Below, piece by piece: positions 1 through 9,760 of a stretch of 64,000 nucleotides of DNA (positions are counted from its first letter, which is position 1; the number at the start of each line of letters is the position of its first letter). The notes under the pieces are model-generated. The model saw only the letters and a list, made by a program, of their open reading frames with translations. It made no database searches and had not been told where the DNA came from. The translations under genes and the position numbers were made by a program. Source of the stretch: Candidatus Woesebacteria bacterium RIFCSPHIGHO2_02_FULL_42_20. GTDB lineage: Bacteria; Patescibacteriota; Microgenomatia; UBA8517. The stretch is from NCBI GenBank assembly GCA_001792535.1, contig MGGS01000007.1, forward strand, positions 44 through 64,043, given 5' to 3'.

Positions 1-166
1 TCTTGAAAACAGCGTCGTGGGCTTCGTTTAATTTACCGACATTTAGCCTTGGATCGGCGTCTCCAATCACCTCTTCGTCTATTCTGTTTGCGGTATTTAG
101 CGTTTCAAAAATCCCACGAACACCATAGACAACAAGTCCACCGACGATCACGACGGCAGCCGCCAA
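1..166 (-). CDS. Partial ORF (N-terminal part, runs off window): membrane-anchored hypothetical protein immediately downstream of pilO. Possible additional pilus-assembly component.
   Basis: Reverse-strand frame with candidate TTG start at ~166 gives AAAVVIVGGLVVYGVRGIFETLNTANRIDEEVIGDADPRLNVGKLNEAHDAVFK... (N-terminal TM helix then soluble part). Start abuts the pilO stop at 183-185. Partial at window edge. Confidence 0.25.
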   Translation of the reverse strand, partial: MAAAVVIVGGLVVYGVRGIFETLNTANRIDEEVIGDADPRLNVGKLNEAHDAVFK

Positions 167-182
167 AATTATGTAAAACCGG

Positions 183-707
183 TCAATTTCCCGAAAACTT
201 CTCATTTGTGTATAAAAACGCACTAACCTTAACTACTAATTTATCTTCATCCTTACTATTTAACACTTCTACATCGATAAACTTAACCATCTCCGACAAC
301 ACCCCGAATTTGTTGAGCGCTTCCCCTACTTCCGATTTTGTCCCTTTAAACTCCAAAAGAAGCGGCAAGCCCAAATATCCTTGCCTGTTTTTTACCGGTT
401 CTTGGGTTGCAAAGGAAAATGTCAGTCTTTCGTCACCAAAGCCGTCAAGTTTTTCAACATAGTCGATAAATCCCTGTTCGTCGACAAAAACCGATTCAAG
501 GTCCGAAATTGTCTTTTCATTTTGCTGCAAGTCCGACAAAACAAGCTCCGGACTGACCAGGCCCGCATACTTTATCTCAAGACTCCTAAGCTGGCTTAAT
601 TTCCGGGAAGAGGAAAGCGTGGCATTAAGTAAAATAAGCGACCCTACCACAAGCAGAACATCCAATACAACACCAAAGATTAGTTTGTTTTTGGTCAACT
701 TTTTCAT
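183..707 (-). CDS. pilO: Type IV pilus assembly protein PilO-like (bitopic membrane protein)
   Basis: 174 aa, N-terminal TM (LIFGVVLDVLLVVGSLILL) followed by coiled-coil/periplasmic-type domain. Gene order pilM/N then this ORF on minus strand is typical of pilMNO. Family call from position plus architecture, not from strong motif identity. Confidence 0.5.
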   Translation of the reverse strand: MKKLTKNKLIFGVVLDVLLVVGSLILLNATLSSSRKLSQLRSLEIKYAGLVSPELVLSDLQQNEKTISDLESVFVDEQGFIDYVEKLDGFGDERLTFSFATQEPVKNRQGYLGLPLLLEFKGTKSEVGEALNKFGVLSEMVKFIDVEVLNSKDEDKLVVKVSAFLYTNEKFSGN

Positions 708-710
708 GAT

Positions 711-2129
711 TTAAATTTGCAACTTAAGCTGTTTTTTAGTTCCTTTAGCCAATTCCAGAAAGCCAAAACTTGCTTCAAATTCCAAGTCCTTATCTTTTTC
801 AAAACTGGAGACAGGAATGCTAACGCTCGAAAACTTCCCGGTCTCTTCCAAATTCTTTTTGAAAGTAAGAAGTTGCTGCCGATCTACCGATGTCCCGCGT
901 ACCAGAATATTTCCCTCTTCCATGTCCAACCTGTAGTCGGTCACTTTGAGTCCTTCGGGCAAAGACGAACTAATAATATTGATTATTGTTTGCGGATAAA
1001 CTGTCCCGGAGGTGATCTTGATAACGTCGTCGCCCAGTTTGTTTGCACTTTCAATTTGTCCAACCACACTTTGCTGGGCACTATTTTTGCCGTTAGTTTG
1101 CGACTGCTCCAAGACCCCGATTTCGGCGCTTATCAAAATAAAAACAACTAAAGCAACAATAAAGTTGGCCAAAATAACCAAGGTCAAGACAACCAGCAAA
1201 CCTTTAATTTGGGCCATGAATTTTTTGGCTCTGTGAGTTTTGACCCACGCCGGTGGTAATAAGTTGATTGAATTTTCGTCCTCCGGCTCGGCCGGATCCC
1301 TTAGTTGCAACGAAAGCGGGATAAGATATTCCTGCAGACTTTTTGGGTCAAAGCCTTTCACTTTCGACTGTATCCACTCCGCCGGCATTTTCAGATTTTG
1401 ATTTATACCGGTAAAGAGTTCTTTAGTGATTTCCATCCCGCCAATTTGCACTTTCTTAATTTCCACTCTCTCGAAGTGCCCTATCATTCGCATTGCGGTC
1501 TGCAATATCTCCCGTTGGTTACTCGAATCAATAACAGAACTTCCTAAAATTTTTTCTCCTTCACGGACCAACAATATCGTTTTGCCCAAATTTGCATAAA
1601 TCACCAACGCGCCGCTGCCGTCGCCATCCGCGACTCTGGAGAGCGACAAGGAAGGCGTTTCAACGACCACAGGGAAAAGGCCAGCGAGGCTTACGGCATC
1701 AACAAATCCGGACAGCACATCTTTGGGGATCGCGACAGATAGTATTTGGTAACTTGTCTCGCCTTTTTGGGTAATTTTCCAATCCATCACAGAGTCTTTT
1801 GCTTCGGTCGGCAAAAAGTCCTGGGCTTCCCAGCGGACGGCTTCGTCCAATTCAGGAATGGGGACCTGCGGAAGTTCGATCGATTTGGTAAATGTGGAAA
1901 ACTCGGGCACAACAAGGCCGACAAGCTTTTCTTTTATATTCCGCTCTTGCCAAACTTTTTTGATGATTTCCGAAAGTGCTTTTGGATCTTTAACCTTGTA
2001 GTTATCGACTAGCCCCGACGGGATATCAATCGAGGTAACTAACCCCACTCGGTCACGGTCTTTAGTCAGGCTTACTAACTGGAGTTTATCTTGCGCAAAA
2101 TAAACAGAAACAAACTTTTTCTTTACCAT
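711..2129 (-). CDS. pilM: PilM-PilN fusion: actin-like ATPase-fold type IV pilus assembly protein PilM fused to a C-terminal TM plus PilN-like domain
   Basis: 472 aa. N-terminal ~330 aa shows the PilM pattern (VGLVVPEFSTFTKSIELPQVPIPELDEAVRWEAQDFLP). A hydrophobic helix follows (LLVVLTLVILANFIVALVVFILISAEIG), then a ~130 aa PilN-like periplasmic region. Divergently oriented to the pilin genes. Confidence 0.65.
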   Translation of the reverse strand: MVKKKFVSVYFAQDKLQLVSLTKDRDRVGLVTSIDIPSGLVDNYKVKDPKALSEIIKKVWQERNIKEKLVGLVVPEFSTFTKSIELPQVPIPELDEAVRWEAQDFLPTEAKDSVMDWKITQKGETSYQILSVAIPKDVLSGFVDAVSLAGLFPVVVETPSLSLSRVADGDGSGALVIYANLGKTILLVREGEKILGSSVIDSSNQREILQTAMRMIGHFERVEIKKVQIGGMEITKELFTGINQNLKMPAEWIQSKVKGFDPKSLQEYLIPLSLQLRDPAEPEDENSINLLPPAWVKTHRAKKFMAQIKGLLVVLTLVILANFIVALVVFILISAEIGVLEQSQTNGKNSAQQSVVGQIESANKLGDDVIKITSGTVYPQTIINIISSSLPEGLKVTDYRLDMEEGNILVRGTSVDRQQLLTFKKNLEETGKFSSVSIPVSSFEKDKDLEFEASFGFLELAKGTKKQLKLQI

Positions 2130-2192
2130 GGCAGGTCCTCGCTACCATTATACATAATCGAAATAATGAGAGGGTGCTATACTGAAAATAGG

Positions 2193-3518
2193 ATGCAAAA
2201 AGGGCAAACTTTCTTGGGTTTTTTGATTTCCGTTGCGATCCTTACCATTCTTTCCTCGGCATTATTCACATTGGTTTTGACAAGTTATGAACTGATTACC
2301 TTTACCCGGGCTCGGGTTACCGCTCGCCATATTGCTCAACAAAAAATGGAGAATGTCAGAAATCTACCCTACGACACCATTGGTACGGTCGGAGGAATCC
2401 CAACGGGAACGCTGGCCCAAATTGAAAATACCGTTCAAAACGGGCTTAATTACAGAATCAAGACCGACATCGTTTACGTAGACGACCCGTTTGACAACGT
2501 AGCTCCAACTGATCTCCTCCCGACCGATTACAAAAGAATCAGAGTAGACGTCTCCTGGGAAGGCTTGGCTGAGTCTGACATTAACCCTGTGACAATGATA
2601 ACCGACATTGCGCCCAAGGGGTTGGAAACGGCTGAAGGTGGCGGCACGCTATCCATACTTGTTTTTAACGCCAACGCCCAACCGGTCGACCAAGCGGCTG
2701 TAACTATTAGTGCAACCGAGACAACGCCACAGATTAATTTGAACCTGATGACTAACCAGTCAGGAAGAGTTATTCTGCCCGGTGCACCAATCTGCAACTC
2801 CTGTTACCAAATTACAGTCACGAAAGAAGGCTACAGCAGCGACCGCACTTACTCTACACTGGAAGTGGCAAACCCTCTCAAACCCCGGGTTACTGTTCTC
2901 GAAGGACAGGTGAGCGAAGTAAGTTTTGCAATAGACAGGCTTTCGGCAATTAATATCTCAACCCTTACAGACAGGGCAAACGGCTTTATAAACTTACCCA
3001 ATGTCGAGATGACTCTTCGCGGCAACAAGACAATCGGAACAGATGTCGCCGATTTCCCGGTCTATAAATACGAAGAAGGTTTGACCACAGACGCCAACGG
3101 ACAACTTACCGCCCAAAACCTGGAATGGGACAACTACACCATCATCTTGAGCGAGACTTCTCCTTTTGACATAACCGGTACAAACCCCCTGAATCCGTTT
3201 ACGGTCGACCCGGCGCAAACTCTTGGTATAGACGTCGCACTAACTTCGCACACCGACAATAACCTGCTTCTCGTTTTTACAGACCAAGCCGATAACTTAC
3301 TGGAAAATGTGGATGTGACACTGTCAGACGGCGCGGGCTTTGAAAAAAACACTACAACCGGCCTCCTTGATACGCCGGATTTTGGCCAAGCCTTCTTCGG
3401 CAGTCTTGAAAACAAGACTTATACAATAGATGCAACAATTACAGGCTTTTTGCCCCTCAACGGCAATTTTCCCGTAAGTGCGCAGACAGTTGAGAAAATT
3501 ATTTTGACACCGGAGTAA
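2193..3518 (+). CDS. Pilin-like protein with degenerate prepilin N-terminus and carboxypeptidase-regulatory-like repeats (putative minor pilin / tip protein)
   Basis: Longest ORF starts at 2091 but overlaps pilM. Internal start MQKGQTFLGFLISVAILTILSSALF has the short basic leader plus Gly plus hydrophobic helix pattern of class III signal peptides, but lacks Glu at +5. Remaining ~400 aa is Thr/Asn-rich beta-type sequence. Confidence 0.5.
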   Translation: MQKGQTFLGFLISVAILTILSSALFTLVLTSYELITFTRARVTARHIAQQKMENVRNLPYDTIGTVGGIPTGTLAQIENTVQNGLNYRIKTDIVYVDDPFDNVAPTDLLPTDYKRIRVDVSWEGLAESDINPVTMITDIAPKGLETAEGGGTLSILVFNANAQPVDQAAVTISATETTPQINLNLMTNQSGRVILPGAPICNSCYQITVTKEGYSSDRTYSTLEVANPLKPRVTVLEGQVSEVSFAIDRLSAINISTLTDRANGFINLPNVEMTLRGNKTIGTDVADFPVYKYEEGLTTDANGQLTAQNLEWDNYTIILSETSPFDITGTNPLNPFTVDPAQTLGIDVALTSHTDNNLLLVFTDQADNLLENVDVTLSDGAGFEKNTTTGLLDTPDFGQAFFGSLENKTYTIDATITGFLPLNGNFPVSAQTVEKIILTPE

Positions 3519-3520
3519 TA

Positions 3521-4147
3521 ATGAACAAATCACAAATCCCAAATCTCAAACACGGTTTCACTCTAGTCGAAGTTTTGGTTACAGGCTTTTTGGCGGTTGC
3601 CGTCGGCGCAGCCCTGGTGGGTTTGCAATATATTCTGACCCAGAACCAGTTAACCGTTTTTAGCAATTATATAAATGTCGATGAAGCCAACTTCGGCATC
3701 ACAAACTTGGAAAGAGAACTTCGGTCTGCCCGGTCGGGAGACAATGGTTCATATCCACTGGAAATCGCCGGCGACTGGGAAATCATCTTTTACTCCGACA
3801 TCGATTACGATGGCAACGCCGAGCGCGTTCGCTATTTCCTGGCCGACTCTACACTGACAAAAGGCATTATCGAGCCAACGGGGTTTCCAATCACTTACCC
3901 TGCCGGAAACGAGTTTGTCAAGATAATTAGCGAAAATGTCCGAAACGGAATCGAGCCAGTGTTTTATTATTATAATAGCAATTGGCCACTGGACACAGTA
4001 AATAACCCGCTTGCCCAGCCCTTGAGACTGTCCGATACCAGACTTATTGGAATATTGCTAAGATTAAATAGCGACTCATCGGGTCCCGATGATGACTATA
4101 TACTTGAATCAACTATTGCAATCAGAGAACTGAAAGACAATTTATAA
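3521..4147 (+). CDS. Type IV pilin / pseudopilin (prepilin-type N-terminal cleavage/methylation domain)
   Basis: MNKSQIPNLKHG|FTLVEVLVTGFLAVAVGAALVG: canonical leader ending in Gly, Phe+1, Glu+5, hydrophobic helix. 208 aa. Confidence 0.75.
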   Translation: MNKSQIPNLKHGFTLVEVLVTGFLAVAVGAALVGLQYILTQNQLTVFSNYINVDEANFGITNLERELRSARSGDNGSYPLEIAGDWEIIFYSDIDYDGNAERVRYFLADSTLTKGIIEPTGFPITYPAGNEFVKIISENVRNGIEPVFYYYNSNWPLDTVNNPLAQPLRLSDTRLIGILLRLNSDSSGPDDDYILESTIAIRELKDNL

Positions 4148-5509
4148 ATGACCAGGGGATCAATAACACCGGCATTACTTATAATTACCAGCGCTTTTGT
4201 AGTAGTCATCTATGGGATGCTTTCCGTCTTGTCACTTCAGCTGGATTCTTCCCACAGGCAAACCGCGCAAGAAGAAGCGCTCAATATCGCCGAAGCAGGA
4301 ATCAACTACTACCGCTGGCACCTTGCACACGACCCCAACGACTTTCAGGACGGAACGGGAAACCCCGGGCCGTATACTCACGATTACCACGATCCTCAAG
4401 GTAACATTACAGGAAGCTACACATTAGACATTACTCCACCCATTAATGGGTCGTCAGTCATAACCATCAAATCTACGGCGCGTACTTTGCAATACCCGAA
4501 TGTCCAAAGGACCATAACTGCCCAGTACGGAAAACAGTCGCTAACCAAGTTTTCATTTCTGCAAAACTCATCCAGCTGGTACGGAACAGGTATCACGGTC
4601 AACGGTGAAGTTCATTCAAACAACGGAATACGAATGGATGGGATAAATAATTCGCTGGTTTCAAGCGCCCAGGAAACTTATACCTGCGGCGGAGAAACCG
4701 GATGCAACCCGCCCCAAAGCCGACCGGGAGTCTGGGGTTCCGGGCCAAACAGCTTTTTGTGGGATTTCCCCATCCCCGCAGTCGACTTTGACTCAATATC
4801 TTTTGACTTTGCCAATATGCGTGACAGCGCGATTGCAGACGGACTTTATCTGGCACCATCCGGAAGCCGAGGATACCACTTGATTTTCAATGGAAACACA
4901 TTTGAAGTCCGCAGAGTTACAGGCACGAACTATTACAACGGTTATTCGGCCGATGACGGTTGCCAAAGGCGTTATCAAATAATAACCAGCGAAACGTCAA
5001 CAGGCACATATAACATAGTCGACAACCCTATAATCTTTGCCGAAGACCACCTCTGGGTTGAAGGATTGCTGGACGGACGGACAACCGTGACAGCGGCAAG
5101 GTTTCCCATCGACTCCAACCAAATGAATATCTGGCTCCGGGGGAACATAACCTATGCACAATATGACAACAGCGACTCAATGGGTTTAATTGCCCAAAAC
5201 GACATTTATTTCGTCAGAAACCTGCCTAACGACTTCAAGGTTGACGCGGCATTAATGGCTCAAAAAGGCAAAATAATCAGACACGGATATTTGAGTTGGT
5301 GCGGTGGCACGAGCCAGGCTGTCAAAAACAGCCTCACGATCAACGGCAGCGTTATCTCGTTTTACAAGTCGTACTGGAACTTTGGCTCCGGGCCATCATC
5401 CGGGTTTATTACAAGAACCATCACCTATAACTCCGACCTTTTATATAATCCTCCTCCGTATTTTCCGGTCACCGGCGACTTTGAAATTATCTCGTGGAGA
5501 GAAGAGTAG
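4148..5509 (+). CDS. PilX-like minor pilin (PilX N-terminal domain) with large C-terminal domain
   Basis: N-terminus ITPALLIITSAFVVVIYGMLSVLSLQLDSSHRQTAQEEALNIAEAGINYYRWHL matches the PilX_N signature (hydrophobic helix then Q..A...AEAG). 453 aa. Third pilin gene in a row. Confidence 0.6.
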   Translation: MTRGSITPALLIITSAFVVVIYGMLSVLSLQLDSSHRQTAQEEALNIAEAGINYYRWHLAHDPNDFQDGTGNPGPYTHDYHDPQGNITGSYTLDITPPINGSSVITIKSTARTLQYPNVQRTITAQYGKQSLTKFSFLQNSSSWYGTGITVNGEVHSNNGIRMDGINNSLVSSAQETYTCGGETGCNPPQSRPGVWGSGPNSFLWDFPIPAVDFDSISFDFANMRDSAIADGLYLAPSGSRGYHLIFNGNTFEVRRVTGTNYYNGYSADDGCQRRYQIITSETSTGTYNIVDNPIIFAEDHLWVEGLLDGRTTVTAARFPIDSNQMNIWLRGNITYAQYDNSDSMGLIAQNDIYFVRNLPNDFKVDAALMAQKGKIIRHGYLSWCGGTSQAVKNSLTINGSVISFYKSYWNFGSGPSSGFITRTITYNSDLLYNPPPYFPVTGDFEIISWREE

Positions 5510-5591
5510 AAATAATAGGCACTTTGATTACAATTAATATATACAGGGGTCACGGCACATCAGAAAATGCTCCGCCCTTGGCTCCAGTTTT

Positions 5592-5915
5592 TTAAGGAGA
5601 AGATATGGGTCGGTCACCACTCTCTCTAAGTCGCTCTAATATCCACATTCTAATAAGCGTGGTGGGGCCAATTCCCTGATTGCGGGCTTGCAAACGTAAT
5701 TTATTTAATGTTCGATCGTCTAATCGAATTGTTATGCCTCGAGACAAATTCTTTGCAAAACTGACTTTCACAGGCCTGAAGTCACCCCAATAATCCGCCA
5801 GATCGTGAGTATCCCAGAATTTCTGTTCCTCATCAATAGTTTTAAATTTAGGAATAGTTTTGGTTTTTTGTTTCGTGCCATTAGCCATGCTTTTCACCAC
5901 CTTTCTCTCCCTCAT
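5592..5915 (-). CDS. brnA: BrnA-type antitoxin (CopG/RHH-like) of a BrnT/BrnA type II TA pair
   Basis: 107 aa. TIDEEQKFWDTHDLADYWGDF ... RLDDRTLNKLRLQARNQGIGPTTLIRMWILERL is the characteristic BrnA pattern. Overlaps upstream toxin gene by ~35 nt. Confidence 0.75.
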   Translation of the reverse strand: MRERKVVKSMANGTKQKTKTIPKFKTIDEEQKFWDTHDLADYWGDFRPVKVSFAKNLSRGITIRLDDRTLNKLRLQARNQGIGPTTLIRMWILERLRESGDRPISSP

Positions 5916-6099
5916 AATTTTTCCTCATTCTTCTACTCGCCGTATAAGCAGTAACTGGATAATACTTATCTCTGCCTTTCGAAGCCAGTATGATAGCCAA
6001 CATCCTCCCGGATTTCGTCGGACCAACCAGAATTATGCGTTCCGCATATCTCAGTCTACTCATCAAGGCGTGGGGCTGGGGGTCGGCTCTTTTACGCAA
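5881..6099 (-). CDS. brnT: BrnT-type toxin (DUF497 ribonuclease), short form
   Basis: 72 aa ending ...YYPVTAYTASRRMRKNYEGEK, resembling the conserved BrnT C-terminus (I.ISARKA.KKER..YE). Sits directly upstream of and overlapping brnA. N-terminus shorter than typical, and the start overlaps the preceding gene. Confidence 0.55.
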   Translation of the reverse strand: MRKRADPQPHALMSRLRYAERIILVGPTKSGRMLAIILASKGRDKYYPVTAYTASRRMRKNYEGEKGGEKHG

Positions 6100-6797
6100 A
6101 GAGTGTTTGATATCACCGTCCGCTGCGTTACGGTACTGTCCCCAAGATCACAGTCGTAGACTAAATTCGGAAAAGGGTTGGCCGTTCCGGATGGAGTTTG
6201 GGTAGGTGTAGGTGTTCTTGGGTAAACACAATAAGACAGTCTCCAAAAAGGGCAATCGGGGTCCGGCCCGGGCACCGGAGTACTTGACCCTCCACTCGAG
6301 CCGCCCGATCCGCCTGACCCACCGGAACCTCCGCCACTTCCACCGCTTCCTCCGCCGCCCGATCCTTGCGTCGCAGCCGGCGTAGAAGTTGGATTTTCAT
6401 CTTCAAAATAAGTTAAGACTTCATCCTCATCTTCATCGGTTAAGACTATTGTGTAGGTCACGCCGTCTTTGGTGTAGATGACCAAAAAGCTTCCATCCTC
6501 CAAAGTTTCTGTCCCCTCAATGAACTCACCGCTTTCAAACTTGTCATTAATAATCTCAAAAAAAGACTTCGTCTTGGCAGTATCCCAAAAGTCCTCACCG
6601 GATAACGTTTTCGATCTCAAAAAAACTTTTCCGCTACTGTAAACCGTCGCCGAGTCGCTCCCCTGCTCTATTTTAATGTTGTCGACCGGGTCATCGGCGC
6701 CACTTTTAAAAATAGAGCCTTTTGACAAGAATAATACCAGCAAAAGCAAAACACCCAAACCCGCAATAACTACTATGTAATTTTTGGGCAACTTCAT
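6063..6797 (-). CDS. Membrane-anchored hypothetical protein with long Gly/Ser linker and Pro/Thr-rich Cys-containing C-terminus
   Basis: 244 aa. N-terminal TM (IVVIAGLGVLLLLVLFL), acidic middle, (GGS)n low-complexity tract (DNA 6290-6370 is a simple GGN/CCN repeat), then a PT-rich tail with 4 Cys. Directly downstream of pilC with 4-nt overlap. Confidence 0.5.
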   Translation of the reverse strand: MKLPKNYIVVIAGLGVLLLLVLFLSKGSIFKSGADDPVDNIKIEQGSDSATVYSSGKVFLRSKTLSGEDFWDTAKTKSFFEIINDKFESGEFIEGTETLEDGSFLVIYTKDGVTYTIVLTDEDEDEVLTYFEDENPTSTPAATQGSGGGGSGGSGGGSGGSGGSGGSSGGSSTPVPGPDPDCPFWRLSYCVYPRTPTPTQTPSGTANPFPNLVYDCDLGDSTVTQRTVISNTLCVKEPTPSPTP

Positions 6798-8011
6798 TTT
6801 TTGATACTACTTTGCAAGGACCCCACAATCGAATAGATTGGGGCAATAACCAAAATTACCATCGCACCCACCGCAACGCCGATAAAAAGCATCATCAAAG
6901 GCTCAAGTAAACTGGTAAGTCTCTTAAGATCGTTTTCGACTTCATTTTCGTAAAAGCCAGCCATCTCCTCCAAAACTTCATCAAGCCTGCCAGTCTTTTC
7001 CCCGGCCTTTATTGTCTGGATTACAACCAAAGGAAATGTACCCTTGGCGCGCGAAAGGACGCCGGAAAGCGACTCTCCTTTGGATACTTGCTCGGCAAAC
7101 TCAGTGGCTTTTCTTTTCAAGCCCGGCTGGCCCAAAGTATCTGCCGAAACATTTAAAGCGGTCGTTATCTGGACTCCACTCCGAAGAAGCGTAGATAATG
7201 TCCTTGAAAACCTGGCCACGTCGACTTTTAATGCTACCTTTTTGAGTAACGGGAGCTTAACCGCAAAATGGATAATTGCGTCTCGTGATTTTTTTATAAC
7301 AATTGTCAAAACCCCTAACAAACCAAGAACACCAACAATGACCAGGACAAGAACAGTGTTTTTCCCGACAAAATTACCAAAATTAAGAATGGCGGTAGTT
7401 AACGCCGGAAGAGGAACATTAAGCTTTATAAAAACAGTTGATATTTTTGGCAGAACAAATAGCAACATTAACAAACCCACACCAATCATCGACATAAAAA
7501 TCACAGCGGGGTACATCATTGAGTTCTTTACTTTTTGTGTAAGTTCATAGTTGGCATAAAGTTGCTTCGAAAGGTAATCGAAGGCTTCATCTAAGGTTCC
7601 GGACTCTTCTCCCGCCTTAATCATGGTTAAAAAAACCGGGTCAAAGTCAGACTTGTATTGCGACAAAACCGACGAGACGTTGTTCCCTTTTCTGGTCTGA
7701 AATGCAATATCGGAAAGTATTTTTTTCATTTTTTGGTTTTCCGATTCCTGTTTAATTATTTCCACCGCCTCCGGAAGCGAAAGGCCACTCCGAAGCATCG
7801 TCGCCATAAACCTGCAAAACGCCGCCTTTTCCGACACTTTTATCCCCCGACCGAAAATCCCCTGAACGTTACTTTCAAGTGACTTCACACTCAAAACCTT
7901 GTATCCGTTGGCCTTGAGCGACACAGCCGCATCCTCACGACTTGCAGCCTGAATAGTATCCTCACTTACTTTTCCCTTTTGATCCAAGACTTTGTACAAA
8001 AACAGCGGCAT
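6794..8011 (-). CDS. pilC: Type IV pilus inner-membrane platform protein PilC (GspF/T2SS-F family)
   Basis: 405 aa with two T2SSF-type repeats and 3 TM segments. Typical PilC length. Immediately downstream of pilB. Confidence 0.85.
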   Translation of the reverse strand: MPLFLYKVLDQKGKVSEDTIQAASREDAAVSLKANGYKVLSVKSLESNVQGIFGRGIKVSEKAAFCRFMATMLRSGLSLPEAVEIIKQESENQKMKKILSDIAFQTRKGNNVSSVLSQYKSDFDPVFLTMIKAGEESGTLDEAFDYLSKQLYANYELTQKVKNSMMYPAVIFMSMIGVGLLMLLFVLPKISTVFIKLNVPLPALTTAILNFGNFVGKNTVLVLVIVGVLGLLGVLTIVIKKSRDAIIHFAVKLPLLKKVALKVDVARFSRTLSTLLRSGVQITTALNVSADTLGQPGLKRKATEFAEQVSKGESLSGVLSRAKGTFPLVVIQTIKAGEKTGRLDEVLEEMAGFYENEVENDLKRLTSLLEPLMMLFIGVAVGAMVILVIAPIYSIVGSLQSSIKK

Positions 8012-8012
8012 A

Positions 8013-9692
8013 TCAACTCTCCCTTACGACTCTTATCATTTCGTCTATCGTAGTCAACCCGCTTGAAACTTTATTTAACCCGTCTGCAAGCATTGTCAGC
8101 ATCCCTTCCTTAACCGCGAGTGTCTCTAAATCATCCAGGGCGGACTTTTGAGTAATCAATTTGCGAATACTTTCAGACACCCGCATCACTTCGTAAATTC
8201 CGATTCTGCCCGCGTATCCCGACTTGTGACACTCGCCGCACCCCGTACCACGGTAAAATTTCTGGTCTTTGAGGTTAAGGTTAAATTCCTTTACAAACGG
8301 CCCCAACGTATTTTCATCGGGAGAGTATTCAGTGATGCAACTTGTACAAATTTTTCGAACCAGCCTCTGGGCGATTACCGCGTTGACCGTTGAAGCCAAT
8401 AAATAACCCTCAACGCCCATATCCAAAAATCTTGGGATTGCACCAGCCGCGGTATTGGTATGCAGCGTCGACAGGACCAAATGCCCGGTCAAGGCTGAGT
8501 GGACGGCAATCTCTGCGGTTTCTCTGTCTCGAATTTCACCTACCATAATTATGTCCGGGTCGTGCCTAAGCAGAGAGCGAAGGCCTGCTGCAAAATCCAG
8601 CCCGGCCTTTGGGTTTACTTGAATCTGGCTAACCCTCTTTACTCCATACTCAATAGGATCCTCGATGGTACAAATTTTGACCTTTACAGTATTTAAAATA
8701 TTCAGTATCGAATAAAGAGTCGTTGTCTTACCCGAACCCGTAGGGCCGGTCACCAAAAGCATGCCATTGGGTTTTGTTATATTATCTCTGACCACTTCCA
8801 GACCCTTGCCCGTAAGTCCCAATTCCTCCAAGCTCAGTGGCCTGCTGGTTTCGGGCAACAGCCTCATAACCACATTTTCGCCATAAAAACCCGGTATGAT
8901 CGAGATTCTCAAAGCAATCGTATCGTCGTCAATACTAAACCTGTGTCTGCCGTCTTGAGGAATTCTATGCTCGTCAATTTTGAGATTTGACAGAATTTTT
9001 ATCCTGGCCACCAAAGCAATCTCAATTCCTCTGGGAAGGCGGATGATGTCGCGAAGTATGCCGTCGATCCTAAACCGCACGACCACTTCTTCGGAATAGC
9101 TTTCGATATGAATGTCACTTGCCCTCTCTGCAGCCGCAAACTCGAAAATAGTATCCAGAATTTTAATTACCGGCAGCTCTTCCGCTGCCTTGGCAGGGTC
9201 TTTTTCAAGCTTAGTCTTGCTAACGTTTTCTTCAATTACTTTATCGAATTCCTCTCTAATATTTTTCTTATACTGACCCAGTGCTTTCCGCATCTCATCC
9301 GGGCCGGCATAATACGGCACAATTTCGAGGCCGGTTTGGCGTTTTGCAAATTCAATCGCCTCAAAGTCCGACGGATCCTCCATCGCAAGATTAAGCTTGT
9401 TATCCTGCCTGTCAAACGCAAGGATACGGTAGCTCCTCGCGGTCTTTTCCGGTATGAGCCGTAAGACTTCGTCGGCGGTAACTTTGTGGTTAAGATTCGC
9501 GTGCAGAACCTTTAGATGCTCTGCAACCAATTGTCCCAGCGTAGATTCACTTAAAAAGCCTTTAAATATCAAAATGTCTTCGGCACTTCTGCCAAGCTCC
9601 TGCGAAGACTTGGCAGCCTCATCAAAATCCTTTTCAGGCACATAGCCGGAGTCAACCAAGATTTTTTTGAGTGCTTCAATAGGGAGTTTCAT
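8013..9692 (-). CDS. pilB: Type IV pilus assembly ATPase PilB (GspE family)
   Basis: 559 aa. Walker A LLVTGPTGSGKTTTLYS, Asp-box, Walker B, His-box and C-terminal tetracysteine (CTSC...CGEC) typical of GspE/PilB. N-terminal GSPII-like domain. Confidence 0.9.
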   Translation of the reverse strand: MKLPIEALKKILVDSGYVPEKDFDEAAKSSQELGRSAEDILIFKGFLSESTLGQLVAEHLKVLHANLNHKVTADEVLRLIPEKTARSYRILAFDRQDNKLNLAMEDPSDFEAIEFAKRQTGLEIVPYYAGPDEMRKALGQYKKNIREEFDKVIEENVSKTKLEKDPAKAAEELPVIKILDTIFEFAAAERASDIHIESYSEEVVVRFRIDGILRDIIRLPRGIEIALVARIKILSNLKIDEHRIPQDGRHRFSIDDDTIALRISIIPGFYGENVVMRLLPETSRPLSLEELGLTGKGLEVVRDNITKPNGMLLVTGPTGSGKTTTLYSILNILNTVKVKICTIEDPIEYGVKRVSQIQVNPKAGLDFAAGLRSLLRHDPDIIMVGEIRDRETAEIAVHSALTGHLVLSTLHTNTAAGAIPRFLDMGVEGYLLASTVNAVIAQRLVRKICTSCITEYSPDENTLGPFVKEFNLNLKDQKFYRGTGCGECHKSGYAGRIGIYEVMRVSESIRKLITQKSALDDLETLAVKEGMLTMLADGLNKVSSGLTTIDEMIRVVRES

Positions 9693-9760
9693 GGGTAGTA
9701 ATTTAGTGTAGCACGCAGGGTGGCAAAAAAGTATAAACCCAATAACCTACGCCGCGCTAA

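Noticed and set aside
49-462. 137-aa plus-strand ORF
   Set aside because: Lies entirely antisense to the partial membrane gene and pilO. Low-complexity Ser/Leu-rich translation with no RBS or motif. Treated as a spurious antisense ORF.
6290-6370. GC-rich simple-sequence repeat (ccgcc/ggagg units)
   Set aside because: It is the coding sequence of the (GGS)n linker of protein 6063-6797 read on the opposite strand. It is low-complexity coding DNA, not a regulatory or CRISPR-like repeat.
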